Shown: positions 20,626 to 30,817, numbered from the stretch's first letter. The stretch: 64,000 nt of DNA from a virus (IMGVR_UViG_3300017565_000002:32001-96000), one strand, 5' to 3'. The notes: a model not told the origin generated them from the sequence alone. Numbers and translations: made by a program.

Positions 20626-23600
20626 TTACAATTTGTATCGAGGACTTCCAGTCCGATAAGTCGAAATTGGAATCCGACCATCGGATGTCAATACATTTGG
20701 AATTTCCTCAGGTATAGCAATATGGTCTTCTATTGTAAGTTCTTTACGATCTTTTAAGCAATACTCATACAAGATTTCAAACCAATGGCGATCAGCAAAA
20801 TTCACTGTCCGTCTATGGTCTTCTACATTTATTACAGTATTCAATACGCCAAGCAATGATTCAATTTCAGCTACAGACAATGTAGCCAAATATGCTGACC
20901 ACTTATCCACAAGATTATAAAAGCTTGATTCATACGTAAAGTCAACACGTTTTCGTAGAATACACATATTGTGAATCGAATTGACATTAATGGAGAATCG
21001 GTAAGAATCTATAACCTGAATATTGGACGGATGAATAAGTTTCCCGTCTACAAATACCAGATTATATTTTGTACTAAATGGGTAATTCTTATTCGTCAGT
21101 GTAACGATCTTACTCCCAGCGGTTAGGGCTACGTTATACTCAACCATCTCAACTTCACTGGATAGTAAAACACTAATGGTTTCCCCTGTAGTCACATCCG
21201 TATCCAAATCAGTAACCAAAACTGTTTTCCCTTTAAGGATGGTATATTGGAATGGATTCAGTATATAAACCCGTTCTCTTGGTACCAGTCTCCCCCCAAT
21301 AAAGGCAACGATGTTATTTGAACTTATGAACGATGCCCAAGTGGGAAGTTCGGTAAGTCCATTCTTACTATAAGGCTCACAGATAAATTTATTAAATTTT
21401 GTGGTTGTTACATGAATATTCTTTCCGACATCCCCACTGGCTAAAGTAACCTGTTTTATACTTCCCTTATTCTCAACCGTAGTAGGTGTTAACTGTGTAA
21501 ATTTCCTCTTCTTAGCTGGGGTTAACGTCATCGGATGGAATCTTCTAATAACAGCTGTAGAACCTCCGGCGAGATAAATTGTGCCATCCGATCCCCCAAT
21601 TATCCGTTTCGCAGCAAGTGTATAAGGATAGTATCCACTCCAAACTTCCGGTGCAAGTGTCCTTGGGTTATACATTGCAATCCTAGCTGTCGGGAAACCC
21701 CCGCAAACGTAGACATTCCCATCATTTCCAACCATGATATCGGCAATAAGTGTATCGTAAGCAGCACTTATACCTTGTGTAACCATGGTAGATGAATTTA
21801 TTTTGATAAAGGTATCTCTGGTTGTACTACCTATACCATATAGATCACCCATCTGACTCATAACCAACTGCGTGTAAATACCAAAAGTTTCTGTATTCTC
21901 GGCTTCCTTTGCCAGCGTCGTCGGATGTAGACGCCATATTTTATTGGTTCCACCAATAAATATTTTCCCATTTGGTCCTTTCACTGTGGAGAAAATGGTT
22001 GAGCCAAATGTGGTTAAAGAGTTTAGTATTGCAAATGTATTTGCATCTACCCGATGCAAATAAGAATCAGCACCAGTCCAACCTTTTACATAAAAATCCC
22101 CCGCATTACCTGGTATCATAAACTGGGCAATTCTATCACCCTCTGTACTCTCGGACACAAGAGTTAGATTATTGGGTTCATATTTACTTATTTTATAAGG
22201 TGATGCCTTTCCTACTAATAAATTCCCATCTGGAAGTACCATAATAGATGAAGGTGAAGTCGATACTGTAACAGAAACTTCCGTCGCCATCGTATAAGGA
22301 TTTATCTTACGCAAATTATTACTACCGGCTGTACTAACTGCATAGATATACCCATCTAGGCCAACCACGATATCGCGAATCGTACCACTCAATGAACCTG
22401 TCATCAATTCTGTCGAAGTCTCATATACTTTAATGGGAATATTATCGTTAATTTTACCAGATGGTCCAACCACTAAAGTTGTTGTTTCCGGTTTAACTGA
22501 CTCTACATATGGTTCTACGGTAGAACCGAGATCAACCGATACGATACTAGCAGGAATCTTGTATAATGATACCCCACTTGAGATACTTGTCGCACCTGAG
22601 CTTGCAGTACCACTTAATCCACCACTCACAGAGTTTACGATCGTTGACGTCGTGTCGGTTAATTTCCAATATGCACGAAGAGATGTTTCATTTCCCTTAA
22701 GCTCATAGTTCATATGAGCTTTAATTTGATTCTGGCTTCGATCTATATCCCAAAGCCGTATATCCTTCAAATCGGCACGTAGGAATTGACTAGTAGTCAT
22801 ATTACCTATAGTCAATGGAGCCGTGTTTTGCCCTCCTACAGGTACGATAGTTGTACCAACTATTTCACCATTTACATAGAAGGTCGAACCTGAAGAATTC
22901 GTTGCAACTGCGATATGAACAAATACGCCAATCGGTGGTGCATAATTAACCGTCATAATGGAACCACCACTGAAAAACCCTATCCGTTTAGTGCCAGTTT
23001 CCAGGAATACTTCGTAATTACATACACCCCCCGATACCCTTTTGCTAATGATAGTCTCATATCCCGCAACAGTCCCAGTTCGGCGTATCCAAAACTCAAT
23101 CGTCATATTGCCGAGCAAAGATATTGCTGAATAATTGGGGACAGTAATATTACCACTTGTACCATTAAGTGAGTAGCAGTTGGGACTCGTTGGTATGATA
23201 TTATCATTAAAATAAATTTGGTATTGCCCATTGGACAAACGATTCGTCTTAAAGGGTGCTGTATTAATCCCATCATTAAAGAATAGCAATTCCTTTGGAT
23301 CTCGTTTCATATTTGCAATTGTATATTGAAATGAAGAATCCGTAATGGGAATTACGTAGCTTACTGTATGGGTTGTAAACTGAAAAGCAACCTTAGACTC
23401 CAAATACTCCCGATATACATTGTAGAAATCTTTAGACGCCTCTACCATTTCACTATTAAAAGTAGCCAATGGGGTATTCTCATTTATATTTGGCAGATAA
23501 GGCGTATGATTCTTAATCGCCGTCGGAAGTGTATTGGATAGAAACTGACTCATATAATCCCGGTATAAATTATATCGATGCTTCAAATCCTCATACTTGG

Positions 23601-24417
23601 ATACATTCCTTCTATAGATAACCACAATTCGTTCATCCAAATCAGGAACTTTAAACCCATCTGTCAAAGGTGTAAATTCTGTTGGAACTACACCTGTAGT
23701 TGTACCTACTTTATAATGACGGATATTATTCAATGCCACATATCCTAATGGAACTGGCAATTGGATATAGTTAAACTGACTATTCTGCATCGGTGTCCGT
23801 TTGTAAGAACGAATATCCGGACATAGGACAAGTACCCCTGTATTACTACCTGCGCTAATATTCAGTACATATTGACCAGCTTGAATCGTGGGTTCTACAT
23901 AGTGGGGGATACCATTGATCGTCAAGATATAACCATAAGCTAAATCTGGGGAACTTGTAGGTGCAACCGCTACTGTATAATTCCCCGTAAATTGATTTAT
24001 AGATGTAATTTCTTTTAAGACAGTGACGACAACGTTTGTCAAATCCCCATTGACAATCAGAACCATGTGACTATGTCCCGTTACATATACTGAACACTGC
24101 GATGGTGGGATAGCTACACCATTGGAACTGACTTGAATAAATACCTTCGTCAGATTAATAAAGGTAAGTAATGGATAGACTTTCTCATGGATCAATGGAA
24201 ACCTACGATTGATTTGAATATTACGGAAAATTTCATGGTAGACGTATACTGTCGTCCTACCTATCGCAGGTATCTTTAACTCTCTTTCAAAATGAATAAA
24301 GTCTTTCTTATTTAAGGATGTATTATCGATTGTAATACGAATAAGTCCGTTATGCTTATTCAACTCTTCTTTTCGTTTCAGTGTCTTCTCATAGATATAC
24401 TTAAATAGGTTATTCAT
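20626..24417 (-). CDS. large baseplate-type structural protein with inserted LamG and beta-propeller domains
   Basis: LamG module (MTIEFW...LKDIRLW...LRAYWKL) followed by GxDG/propeller-like repeats; late promoter upstream. Confidence 0.65.
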   Translation of the reverse strand: MNNLFKYIYEKTLKRKEELNKHNGLIRITIDNTSLNKKDFIHFERELKIPAIGRTTVYVYHEIFRNIQINRRFPLIHEKVYPLLTFINLTKVFIQVSSNGVAIPPSQCSVYVTGHSHMVLIVNGDLTNVVVTVLKEITSINQFTGNYTVAVAPTSSPDLAYGYILTINGIPHYVEPTIQAGQYVLNISAGSNTGVLVLCPDIRSYKRTPMQNSQFNYIQLPVPLGYVALNNIRHYKVGTTTGVVPTEFTPLTDGFKVPDLDERIVVIYRRNVSKYEDLKHRYNLYRDYMSQFLSNTLPTAIKNHTPYLPNINENTPLATFNSEMVEASKDFYNVYREYLESKVAFQFTTHTVSYVIPITDSSFQYTIANMKRDPKELLFFNDGINTAPFKTNRLSNGQYQIYFNDNIIPTSPNCYSLNGTSGNITVPNYSAISLLGNMTIEFWIRRTGTVAGYETIISKRVSGGVCNYEVFLETGTKRIGFFSGGSIMTVNYAPPIGVFVHIAVATNSSGSTFYVNGEIVGTTIVPVGGQNTAPLTIGNMTTSQFLRADLKDIRLWDIDRSQNQIKAHMNYELKGNETSLRAYWKLTDTTSTIVNSVSGGLSGTASSGATSISSGVSLYKIPASIVSVDLGSTVEPYVESVKPETTTLVVGPSGKINDNIPIKVYETSTELMTGSLSGTIRDIVVGLDGYIYAVSTAGSNNLRKINPYTMATEVSVTVSTSPSSIMVLPDGNLLVGKASPYKISKYEPNNLTLVSESTEGDRIAQFMIPGNAGDFYVKGWTGADSYLHRVDANTFAILNSLTTFGSTIFSTVKGPNGKIFIGGTNKIWRLHPTTLAKEAENTETFGIYTQLVMSQMGDLYGIGSTTRDTFIKINSSTMVTQGISAAYDTLIADIMVGNDGNVYVCGGFPTARIAMYNPRTLAPEVWSGYYPYTLAAKRIIGGSDGTIYLAGGSTAVIRRFHPMTLTPAKKRKFTQLTPTTVENKGSIKQVTLASGDVGKNIHVTTTKFNKFICEPYSKNGLTELPTWASFISSNNIVAFIGGRLVPRERVYILNPFQYTILKGKTVLVTDLDTDVTTGETISVLLSSEVEMVEYNVALTAGSKIVTLTNKNYPFSTKYNLVFVDGKLIHPSNIQVIDSYRFSINVNSIHNMCILRKRVDFTYESSFYNLVDKWSAYLATLSVAEIESLLGVLNTVINVEDHRRTVNFADRHWFEILYEYCLKDRKELTIEDHIAIPEEIPNVLTSDGRIPISTYRTGSPRYKL

Positions 24418-24454
24418 ACTTCTCTCATACCTCCTATGACGTTCATGTCTCCAT

Positions 24455-24466
24455 TAATAGACTGTT
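24455..24466 (-). promoter_or_regulatory. late promoter motif AACA-N6-TA
   Basis: AACAGTCTATTA upstream of the 24417 start. Confidence 0.7.
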
Positions 24467-24494
24467 TTTAACACATTTATCTATACCCAATATT

Positions 24495-24809
24495 CCCCCT
24501 TAAATAGTATAAAATAATACTACTATAACTTAAATAATAAGGGGGCGCTAAGCCCCTTTTACTGGGACATAGAGGGGCGGACGGGCGGGATCTGTGAAGT
24601 GCAAGGAAGAAGAAAACTAGAAATCCCTAGAGATCTCCCCGAGAGGGGAGGAGCCCTTGACCCCCGTAGGGTAAAGAGGAAAAACAGCTCAGTGGTGAAG
24701 AAGGGTCTTGGAAGGGGTAGGACAGAGGACGAGCGAAGGCGAGACCCCCGTGTAGAGGGAGAGTACGTGTTCAAATAAATCTACCAGAAGAATGAGACAA
24801 TTCTTCTGG
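24495..24809. other. GC-rich, purine-skewed non-coding island with G-quadruplex motif and hairpins
   Basis: 24561-24770 is about 57% GC and 69% purine on + (hand count). Canonical G3+N1-7 x4 motif at 24564-24589. Hairpins at 24542-24556, 24635-24650 and 24784-24809. Confidence 0.6.
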
Positions 24810-24878
24810 ACTAAACTTTATTCTTTTAACCATTAGATAAGCAGAATGGATAGAACTTATCGAAATGAGGGATGAAAT

Positions 24879-25733
24879 ATGGGTAAGCTATTACAGGATT
24901 ATATAAAGCACAGAGAGATAGAAAGAGAATCTCAAAAGAGAAGAGAGAACTTCTTCTTCTTAGGAGGATTCATAAGTATCTTCTCGATTATTATTATTCT
25001 ATATGTGGCAATCTATTACGTAGAGCAGCATGATCCAACAAAAGATCTATACTTCTATCCATCGACAAAAACAGAAGCAAAGTCAGAAAAGGGAGAAGTC
25101 TATCAGATTGAAAATATATTCCCAGCTTATGATAACTACAACTTCTTCTTAGAGAAAAAAGCTGTGAACTATAAAACCATGTATGGATTAATTGGGAGAA
25201 AGTTTGATATTCATTCTTTCAGGGAATCCTATGAGTTTAGTATTATCAAAAATCCCGATAACGATATTGCAAATGGGTATGGTATTAAGAGATACTACAT
25301 CTACTCATTAATCAACGATAAAGATCCGGTAGCTATCTTATATGTAGAGAAAAGTGAAGGCATGATCATAGGTGTAACAAGTCCTTATTTGATTAATGCA
25401 GAGTTTAAGGATATGACACTCAATGGTTCTAACTTTACAGAGGTAACGAGATTGAATGATTTTATGATAGGAGAAGACAAGAAGCATTATACCTTTACCC
25501 ATTATGGGGGAGACTTATACTTAGCAACGACAGAAGGTAACGAGTATGGATATAAGAGTAATGATCCTTTAATCTATACAGCAACCATCTACAGTAAGAA
25601 GTCGATTAATTCAATCTTACAACTGATTGATTTCTATAAGGATAATGAAAACTACGTCACAGCATACTTTTCAATCTTCTTAAACGATAAGTATCAAGTT
25701 ATCTATCAAACACTCGTCAAAGAGAAAGGGTGA
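24879..25733 (+). CDS. membrane-anchored hypothetical protein
   Basis: Single N-terminal TM (FFFLGGFISIFSIIIILYVAIYY); GAGGG RBS; variant promoter AACC-N6-TA at 24828-24839. Confidence 0.75.
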   Translation: MGKLLQDYIKHREIERESQKRRENFFFLGGFISIFSIIIILYVAIYYVEQHDPTKDLYFYPSTKTEAKSEKGEVYQIENIFPAYDNYNFFLEKKAVNYKTMYGLIGRKFDIHSFRESYEFSIIKNPDNDIANGYGIKRYYIYSLINDKDPVAILYVEKSEGMIIGVTSPYLINAEFKDMTLNGSNFTEVTRLNDFMIGEDKKHYTFTHYGGDLYLATTEGNEYGYKSNDPLIYTATIYSKKSINSILQLIDFYKDNENYVTAYFSIFLNDKYQVIYQTLVKEKG

Positions 25734-25752
25734 GAGGAGAAATCCTCTCACC
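25729..25752. terminator. bidirectional terminator (GAAA loop)
   Basis: GGTGAGAGGA-GAAA-TCCTCTCACC between convergent genes. Confidence 0.75.
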
Positions 25753-25761
25753 TTCTTTTAT

Positions 25762-26709
25762 TTAATCTACGATATCCGATACATTCTTCTCAATCTTCTT
25801 ATAGATGGTATTCAGGTTAACCCCAATCTCTGTGGTAATCTTATTGACATTGACTGTACCAGAGAGACAAGCGGTAGATATCAGCATATAGAAGAAGTAG
25901 GGGATATATTCTGGTGCAAACATGGTGGTTGATCCATAGGATAAAGACCAACGATCTACAAAGTTTTGGAAGGTTACTTTCTTCATCTCTGGAAATACAC
26001 GAACCAAGCTTTCGATAAAAGTTTTCAAATCTTCGTAAGAAGAATTCTCTCCATACATTTTAAACTTGGCATCTAACGCTGCAATGTTTTCTTTCGAGTT
26101 ATACTTAAGCAAGTTTCCATAAGGATTCGTGAATACCTTATCTGGACCATAGATATTGTAGAAGTAGAAGTTCGTGGTGAGGTATTGAAGTTTTTCCCTT
26201 TTAAGCTGATCCACATAAGCAAGATTGCTTATAATGTTTGTAAACAATCGTGCATAGATCATATACGTATCTCTTGCATAGGAGAGGATACTATCATCGA
26301 TGATCAAACCAAATGCAGCGGACAATAACATCGCATACAACGTATTCGGTGCAATATTGATCCGACCATCTTTATGCATGGTACAGAAATTTGTGATATT
26401 GACCACAATACATACCCGACCATTCTCTTGCTTACGGAAAAAAGGAATGGCATTTGTCAAACGCATCTGATCATTGTAGACCATTTTAATCTTTCCACTT
26501 TTGACGAGCTTATCAATGGCATACTTAGCAAAGTACGGAGAAGTACGAGAGGTGATATCTGACATTACATCTTCAATCATCTCATACTCAATTTCGATTG
26601 TACCATTCTTCCGTAGACTATAAGCCATAATAGTCTGGGTTAAACTTTGATTCGTAGCTTGTTCAGCAAACGTATAGATTGAAGACGTGATCAGGGACTT
26701 AAGTGCCAT
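25762..26709 (-). CDS. hypothetical late (probable virion) protein
   Basis: 315-aa ORF, GGAGG RBS, AACA-N6-TG at 26762-26773. Confidence 0.7.
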   Translation of the reverse strand: MALKSLITSSIYTFAEQATNQSLTQTIMAYSLRKNGTIEIEYEMIEDVMSDITSRTSPYFAKYAIDKLVKSGKIKMVYNDQMRLTNAIPFFRKQENGRVCIVVNITNFCTMHKDGRINIAPNTLYAMLLSAAFGLIIDDSILSYARDTYMIYARLFTNIISNLAYVDQLKREKLQYLTTNFYFYNIYGPDKVFTNPYGNLLKYNSKENIAALDAKFKMYGENSSYEDLKTFIESLVRVFPEMKKVTFQNFVDRWSLSYGSTTMFAPEYIPYFFYMLISTACLSGTVNVNKITTEIGVNLNTIYKKIEKNVSDIVD

Positions 26710-26761
26710 TAGGAATACCTCCTATATTGTCATGTAATTAGAGAATCTCCGATAAATCTTT

Positions 26762-26773
26762 CAATTACTTGTT
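26762..26773 (-). promoter_or_regulatory. late promoter motif AACA-N6-TG
   Basis: AACAAGTAATTG. Confidence 0.65.
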
Positions 26774-26817
26774 TTATAATAAAAAGAGGGAGAGTCTTGA
26801 TGACTCTCCTTTGATAT

Positions 26818-27816
26818 TTAATCTTTCTTATCATTACTTGCTTTCGGGCTACCACCCTTTTTAGTCAGTTCCTTAATCAATGCTGTGGTATAAGACATTG
26901 CTCGCCAGAAGATATTGATCGCAGTGGTGATAAACTGTAATAATGCATCCATAGTACCAGTCATGATTGCAAGACCACCACGTCGTTTATGCTCATCCAA
27001 GTCTCCCTTTATTCTCGTATTCAGGAAGGCACGTTCAAGTTGTCCAAGCTCGGAGATAATCTTGGTTTTCAACGGATTCAAATTCTTAAACATCTTCGCA
27101 CAGGTATCCAATGCTTTAGCGAGACCTGATAGATTTAGCGAGGATATACTATGACTGGTTTTATTCCCAAAGAATGCAGTGGATGCACCTTGAGGGGTGA
27201 AACCATCTTTAGTTTTTTCCAAGTGGAACAATTCCCCGATCCACTTATTCAATAATTCTTGTTTTGTATCTTCCCGTATACCGTTTATTTTTACACCACG
27301 TCTGGATGCATCAACCATTGCTTTTTCCATCTCTGGTGATGTGCCATTCTTGGCAAATCCTTCGAGTGCACCAAACGATTTAACGGCAATATCCAATACC
27401 TTATTGGGTTCGATATCAGAGATCTTCATTAACCCCTCTGGGTAACTGATGGTTCCAGAGAGATTCTTTATATCGAGATTATCTATCTTCCTTTTTAAAT
27501 CATCTACATGTGCTTCGAAAGAACCCTTAAACTTATCCATCATCCAGTTTAAGAATTTTGCAATCTTCTCTTTGATGTAAGAGATGAAAATCTTGAATCG
27601 GTTTCCAAACTCCTCTTGTGCTTCGACGAATAACTGATCCGAAGATTCAAGTAGTTTATCGAACCCGGAGAGAGATTCAAATAATTCATAGGATTCAATA
27701 ATCCAAGATGAATTACGGAATTCGTTTTCATCAGTGATTGTGAAGTCTAGTGTATCACCAGATGGATCAACGATGTCACCCTCACGAATCATTCTAAGTC
27801 TTTCGTGGATATTCAT
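26818..27816 (-). CDS. probable internal head protein, leader family member A
   Basis: MNIHERLRMIREG leader, acidic propeptide with LxE-S/A sites, amphipathic helix FISYIKEKIAKFLNW; own late promoter and terminator. Confidence 0.7.
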   Translation of the reverse strand: MNIHERLRMIREGDIVDPSGDTLDFTITDENEFRNSSWIIESYELFESLSGFDKLLESSDQLFVEAQEEFGNRFKIFISYIKEKIAKFLNWMMDKFKGSFEAHVDDLKRKIDNLDIKNLSGTISYPEGLMKISDIEPNKVLDIAVKSFGALEGFAKNGTSPEMEKAMVDASRRGVKINGIREDTKQELLNKWIGELFHLEKTKDGFTPQGASTAFFGNKTSHSISSLNLSGLAKALDTCAKMFKNLNPLKTKIISELGQLERAFLNTRIKGDLDEHKRRGGLAIMTGTMDALLQFITTAINIFWRAMSYTTALIKELTKKGGSPKASNDKKD

Positions 27817-27844
27817 ATGTGGTTTTCCTCCTTGAAGCTGTAAT

Positions 27845-27856
27845 TAATTAGCTGTT
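27845..27856 (-). promoter_or_regulatory. late promoter motif AACA-N6-TA
   Basis: AACAGCTAATTA. Confidence 0.75.
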
Positions 27857-27867
27857 TAAAAAGGAAA

Positions 27868-27894
27868 GTAGAAGGGAGTCAGTCTCCCTTCTAC
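27868..27894 (-). terminator. hairpin terminator
   Basis: GTAGAAGGGAG / CTCCCTTCTAC perfect 11-bp stem. Confidence 0.7.
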
Positions 27895-27902
27895 GTCTCA
27901 AG

Positions 27903-28880
27903 CTACTCTTTATTCTTAGAACTCTTCACAAGCGTATTCGCAATACGAGCGAAATGATCCAGTGCCTTCCAGAAGATATTCAGTATGAAGGTGATGCACG
28001 TCAGCATCGCATCCATAGCACCCATGATCGCAGAGAGAATTCTTCTCCTTTCGTTGTCTTTCAATTTAGGACTGAAGGTAGTTCTTTCAAGTTGTCCTAA
28101 TTTAGAGACGAGTGTAGATTTTACGCTTGAGATACCATTGAATACACCAACGGTGGAATCTAGACCTTTTGTGAAGCGAGCCGTGTTTATCTCAGAAAGT
28201 TCTACTTCCTCAGTATCCCCGAAAATTTGTGAATCGATGACACTTTGCGAAATTTCGCCTTTTTCTGTTACGAGTCCTTTCATGTCGAATAACTCACGCA
28301 TGATTTGTTCTATGGTATTGTGTTTAACGGCCTTCCGTATGTCCGAGCTGGACGCGTTTTGGTCATTGGCGATATCCCCTACCAACCCGTCCATTATATC
28401 TTTGGAGTCACCGGTGCTCATATAGCGTTGAATCATTTGATGTAATTCACCAAATGCTCCAGCGATATCCGAAGCCTTGATTTCCTCAATTGCTTCTAAA
28501 TTCTCCGGTACTGCAATTGTTCCCTTTAAGTCACTGGTGTTTATCGACGATAGCTGTTTCTTTATCGCTTGAACCTTGGATTCATAGGTTCCTTTGAATT
28601 TCGCCATCATCCAGTTTAAGAATTTTGCAATCTTCTCTTTGATGTAAGAGATGAAGACTTTGAAGTGACTACCGGATTCTTCTCTCGTTTCTAAGAAGAG
28701 ATCAGACGATTCCAGCAGTGCATCAAACCCGGAGAGAGATTCAAATAGTTCATAGGATTCAACAATCCAAGATGAATTTTGGAACTCATTCTCATCTGTG
28801 ATTGTAAAGTCCAGTGTTTTACCGGAAGGTTCAATGATATCCCCTTCTCGGATTAGTCTAAGTCTTTCATGAATATTCAT
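27903..28880 (-). CDS. probable internal head protein, leader family member B (paralog of A)
   Basis: First ~90 aa nearly identical to member A; remainder diverged. Confidence 0.7.
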   Translation of the reverse strand: MNIHERLRLIREGDIIEPSGKTLDFTITDENEFQNSSWIVESYELFESLSGFDALLESSDLFLETREESGSHFKVFISYIKEKIAKFLNWMMAKFKGTYESKVQAIKKQLSSINTSDLKGTIAVPENLEAIEEIKASDIAGAFGELHQMIQRYMSTGDSKDIMDGLVGDIANDQNASSSDIRKAVKHNTIEQIMRELFDMKGLVTEKGEISQSVIDSQIFGDTEEVELSEINTARFTKGLDSTVGVFNGISSVKSTLVSKLGQLERTTFSPKLKDNERRRILSAIMGAMDAMLTCITFILNIFWKALDHFARIANTLVKSSKNKE

Positions 28881-28906
28881 GTATATTTCCTCCTTAGTCT
28901 ATCGTT

Positions 28907-28918
28907 TAATTACTTGTT
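28907..28918 (-). promoter_or_regulatory. late promoter motif AACA-N6-TA
   Basis: AACAAGTAATTA. Confidence 0.75.
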
Positions 28919-28957
28919 TAAAAAGTGAAGGAAGGGGAAGAAATCCCCTCTCTTTAG

Positions 28958-29875
28958 TTATTTTGACTTTTCAATCATGATATGCAATAGGTTATACATA
29001 ATGATCGCGGACTTCAGCATAACACGAGCTAGGGTATTGTATACGATAAGAGATGCGTTGTATAGTTTTGGTGCTGCATCCATTGCCAGCTCAATATACA
29101 CAGGGTTCTTACTATTTTTGATGAGTTTATCTAGGTTTGTAATATCTGCTCTGAGTGTATATTGCCACTTGCTACTACTTTGCTCGAACTCTTTTACAAT
29201 TGTTTGGAACTGTCTGATAAGTGTGCGTTTGGAAATATCATTTACCTTAACTGATTCTACTGGTCCAAAGATGAACTTTGACATGGCATCCACATCAGAT
29301 GTATCAATCTTGTATCCCCTGAAGACTACAAACCTAAGGTAGTTTTCAGCGATATGCTCTGCTGATGGTGCGACACCATGATTATTCACATATTCGGTAA
29401 ACGCACCACGAGGGAGTTCATTCGCTACGCCTGTTTCAAGAATACTATTCATTGCATCACGCATGACTTCTTGTAGCATAGGTAAGATAACCGTAATATC
29501 AATCTGTGGTTCAGTTAGGAACTTAGGGATACTCTGGACCATGGCTGGATCGGAGAACTCCCTTATCTTAGATGCATTCCGATTGACGTGATCCAGTCTC
29601 CGTCCGAAGTCAGCCTCTACTTTCTGTGTGAATAAACGGAAGAAGCTGATGATTTTGTCTATGATAAAACGGAGAAGGTCTTTGAATCGTTCATATAGAT
29701 GATAACGATTCTGTTTCATATCTGCATATATTGCACCCAAACTAGATTCTTGCATAAGTGTCTGTGCGTTAGCTATTTGATAGTAGGCTTGCTCGAATGT
29801 GAGTGTCTTGTACGAATCATTGGTTTCTACAAAGACACCCTCTGTGATCATCTTAATGCGCTCTGCAATATTCAT
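28958..29875 (-). CDS. probable internal head protein, leader family member C
   Basis: MNIAERIKMITEG leader; helix RFKDLLRFIIDKIISFF parallels that of A and B. Confidence 0.65.
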   Translation of the reverse strand: MNIAERIKMITEGVFVETNDSYKTLTFEQAYYQIANAQTLMQESSLGAIYADMKQNRYHLYERFKDLLRFIIDKIISFFRLFTQKVEADFGRRLDHVNRNASKIREFSDPAMVQSIPKFLTEPQIDITVILPMLQEVMRDAMNSILETGVANELPRGAFTEYVNNHGVAPSAEHIAENYLRFVVFRGYKIDTSDVDAMSKFIFGPVESVKVNDISKRTLIRQFQTIVKEFEQSSSKWQYTLRADITNLDKLIKNSKNPVYIELAMDAAPKLYNASLIVYNTLARVMLKSAIIMYNLLHIMIEKSK

Positions 29876-29946
29876 GATTTACCTCCTGTATCTGGTGTAT
29901 TTTAATTTGAAAGTGAGAATCATGATGATTTCCATATTTTTCATTC

Positions 29947-29972
29947 TATTTAGCTGTTTGAACATAGAGGTA
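29947..29972. promoter_or_regulatory. back-to-back divergent late promoters
   Basis: Minus AACAGCTAAATA (29947-29958) and plus AACATAGAGGTA (29961-29972). Confidence 0.7.
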
Positions 29973-30004
29973 AGCAGTTAACTTAACATCTAGGAGGCAC
30001 AACC

Positions 30005-30778
30005 ATGAGTATTGAAGTAACTGTAAGTGTAACGTTGCCAATAGACGATGCCAAGGCCCTGCTCTCATTTCTGGCAGGTATGAATGCACCTGTGATCATT
30101 GATCCGCCTATACCGGAGGGTGATGATCCGGTGGATGATATCCCAGATGTACCACCACCTCAAATTATGTATGAGACAAAGGTTATCTATGGTGTAAACT
30201 TTAGGAGTATTCCTAATACATCATCGGAAAGCTATGTCTATCGCATGATACCTAAGGGTGAGGATATACATGTCATTGAGCAAATAGACGATGGTTGGCT
30301 TAAGATTATTGTTCAGGATGGTACGGTAGGTTATATTTCCGCCCTTCCCAAATATACAACCTATTCGCAATCCTCCGATCAAGATAAAACAGCGGACAAG
30401 CTTATTAGCTATGGAGAATCTTTCATGGGTGCTCCCTATAAATTTGGTGCAAAGATGGACGAGCTTGTAGATGGTGTTAGGGTATTCGACTGCTCGTCAT
30501 TTGTAAAGACAGTATTCCGGGATGTATTAGGTATATCACTACCTAGAGTATCGAAAGACCAAGCAACGGTTGGTACTGATGTGAATAAAGAAAATCTCCA
30601 AAAAGGAGATCTAGTATTTTTCACAAGTCGGAATCTGCCTGTTGGACATGTTGCAATATACGCCGGGAATGATAGACTTCTCCATACCTATTCGATTGCA
30701 TCCGGTGGTGTCAGATATACCGGATTTAAAGGAACTCAGTGGGAAGATCGGTTTACAAGTGCAAGACGTCATATTTAA
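30005..30778 (+). CDS. SH3b + NlpC/P60 cell-wall endopeptidase
   Basis: FDCSSF catalytic Cys, GDLVFF, GHVAIY; SH3b-like segment (VNFRSIP...GWLKI....GYI). Confidence 0.92.
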   Translation: MSIEVTVSVTLPIDDAKALLSFLAGMNAPVIIDPPIPEGDDPVDDIPDVPPPQIMYETKVIYGVNFRSIPNTSSESYVYRMIPKGEDIHVIEQIDDGWLKIIVQDGTVGYISALPKYTTYSQSSDQDKTADKLISYGESFMGAPYKFGAKMDELVDGVRVFDCSSFVKTVFRDVLGISLPRVSKDQATVGTDVNKENLQKGDLVFFTSRNLPVGHVAIYAGNDRLLHTYSIASGGVRYTGFKGTQWEDRFTSARRHI

Positions 30779-30788
30779 GAAAAATATA

Positions 30789-30812
30789 ACCCTCTGCAAT
30801 TATGCAGAGGGT
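30789..30812. terminator. bidirectional terminator
   Basis: ACCCTCTGCA-ATTA-TGCAGAGGGT between convergent genes. Confidence 0.8.
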
Positions 30813-30817
30813 CTTTT

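Noticed and set aside
24414-24428. MREV mini-ORF overlapping the start of the 1263-aa gene
   Set aside because: Zero spacing from the SD; the downstream ATG fits the RBS, so it is likely incidental.
24559-24774. 71-aa minus-strand ORF in the G-rich island
   Set aside because: Low-complexity S/P/L/R translation of a pyrimidine-rich strand with no RBS.
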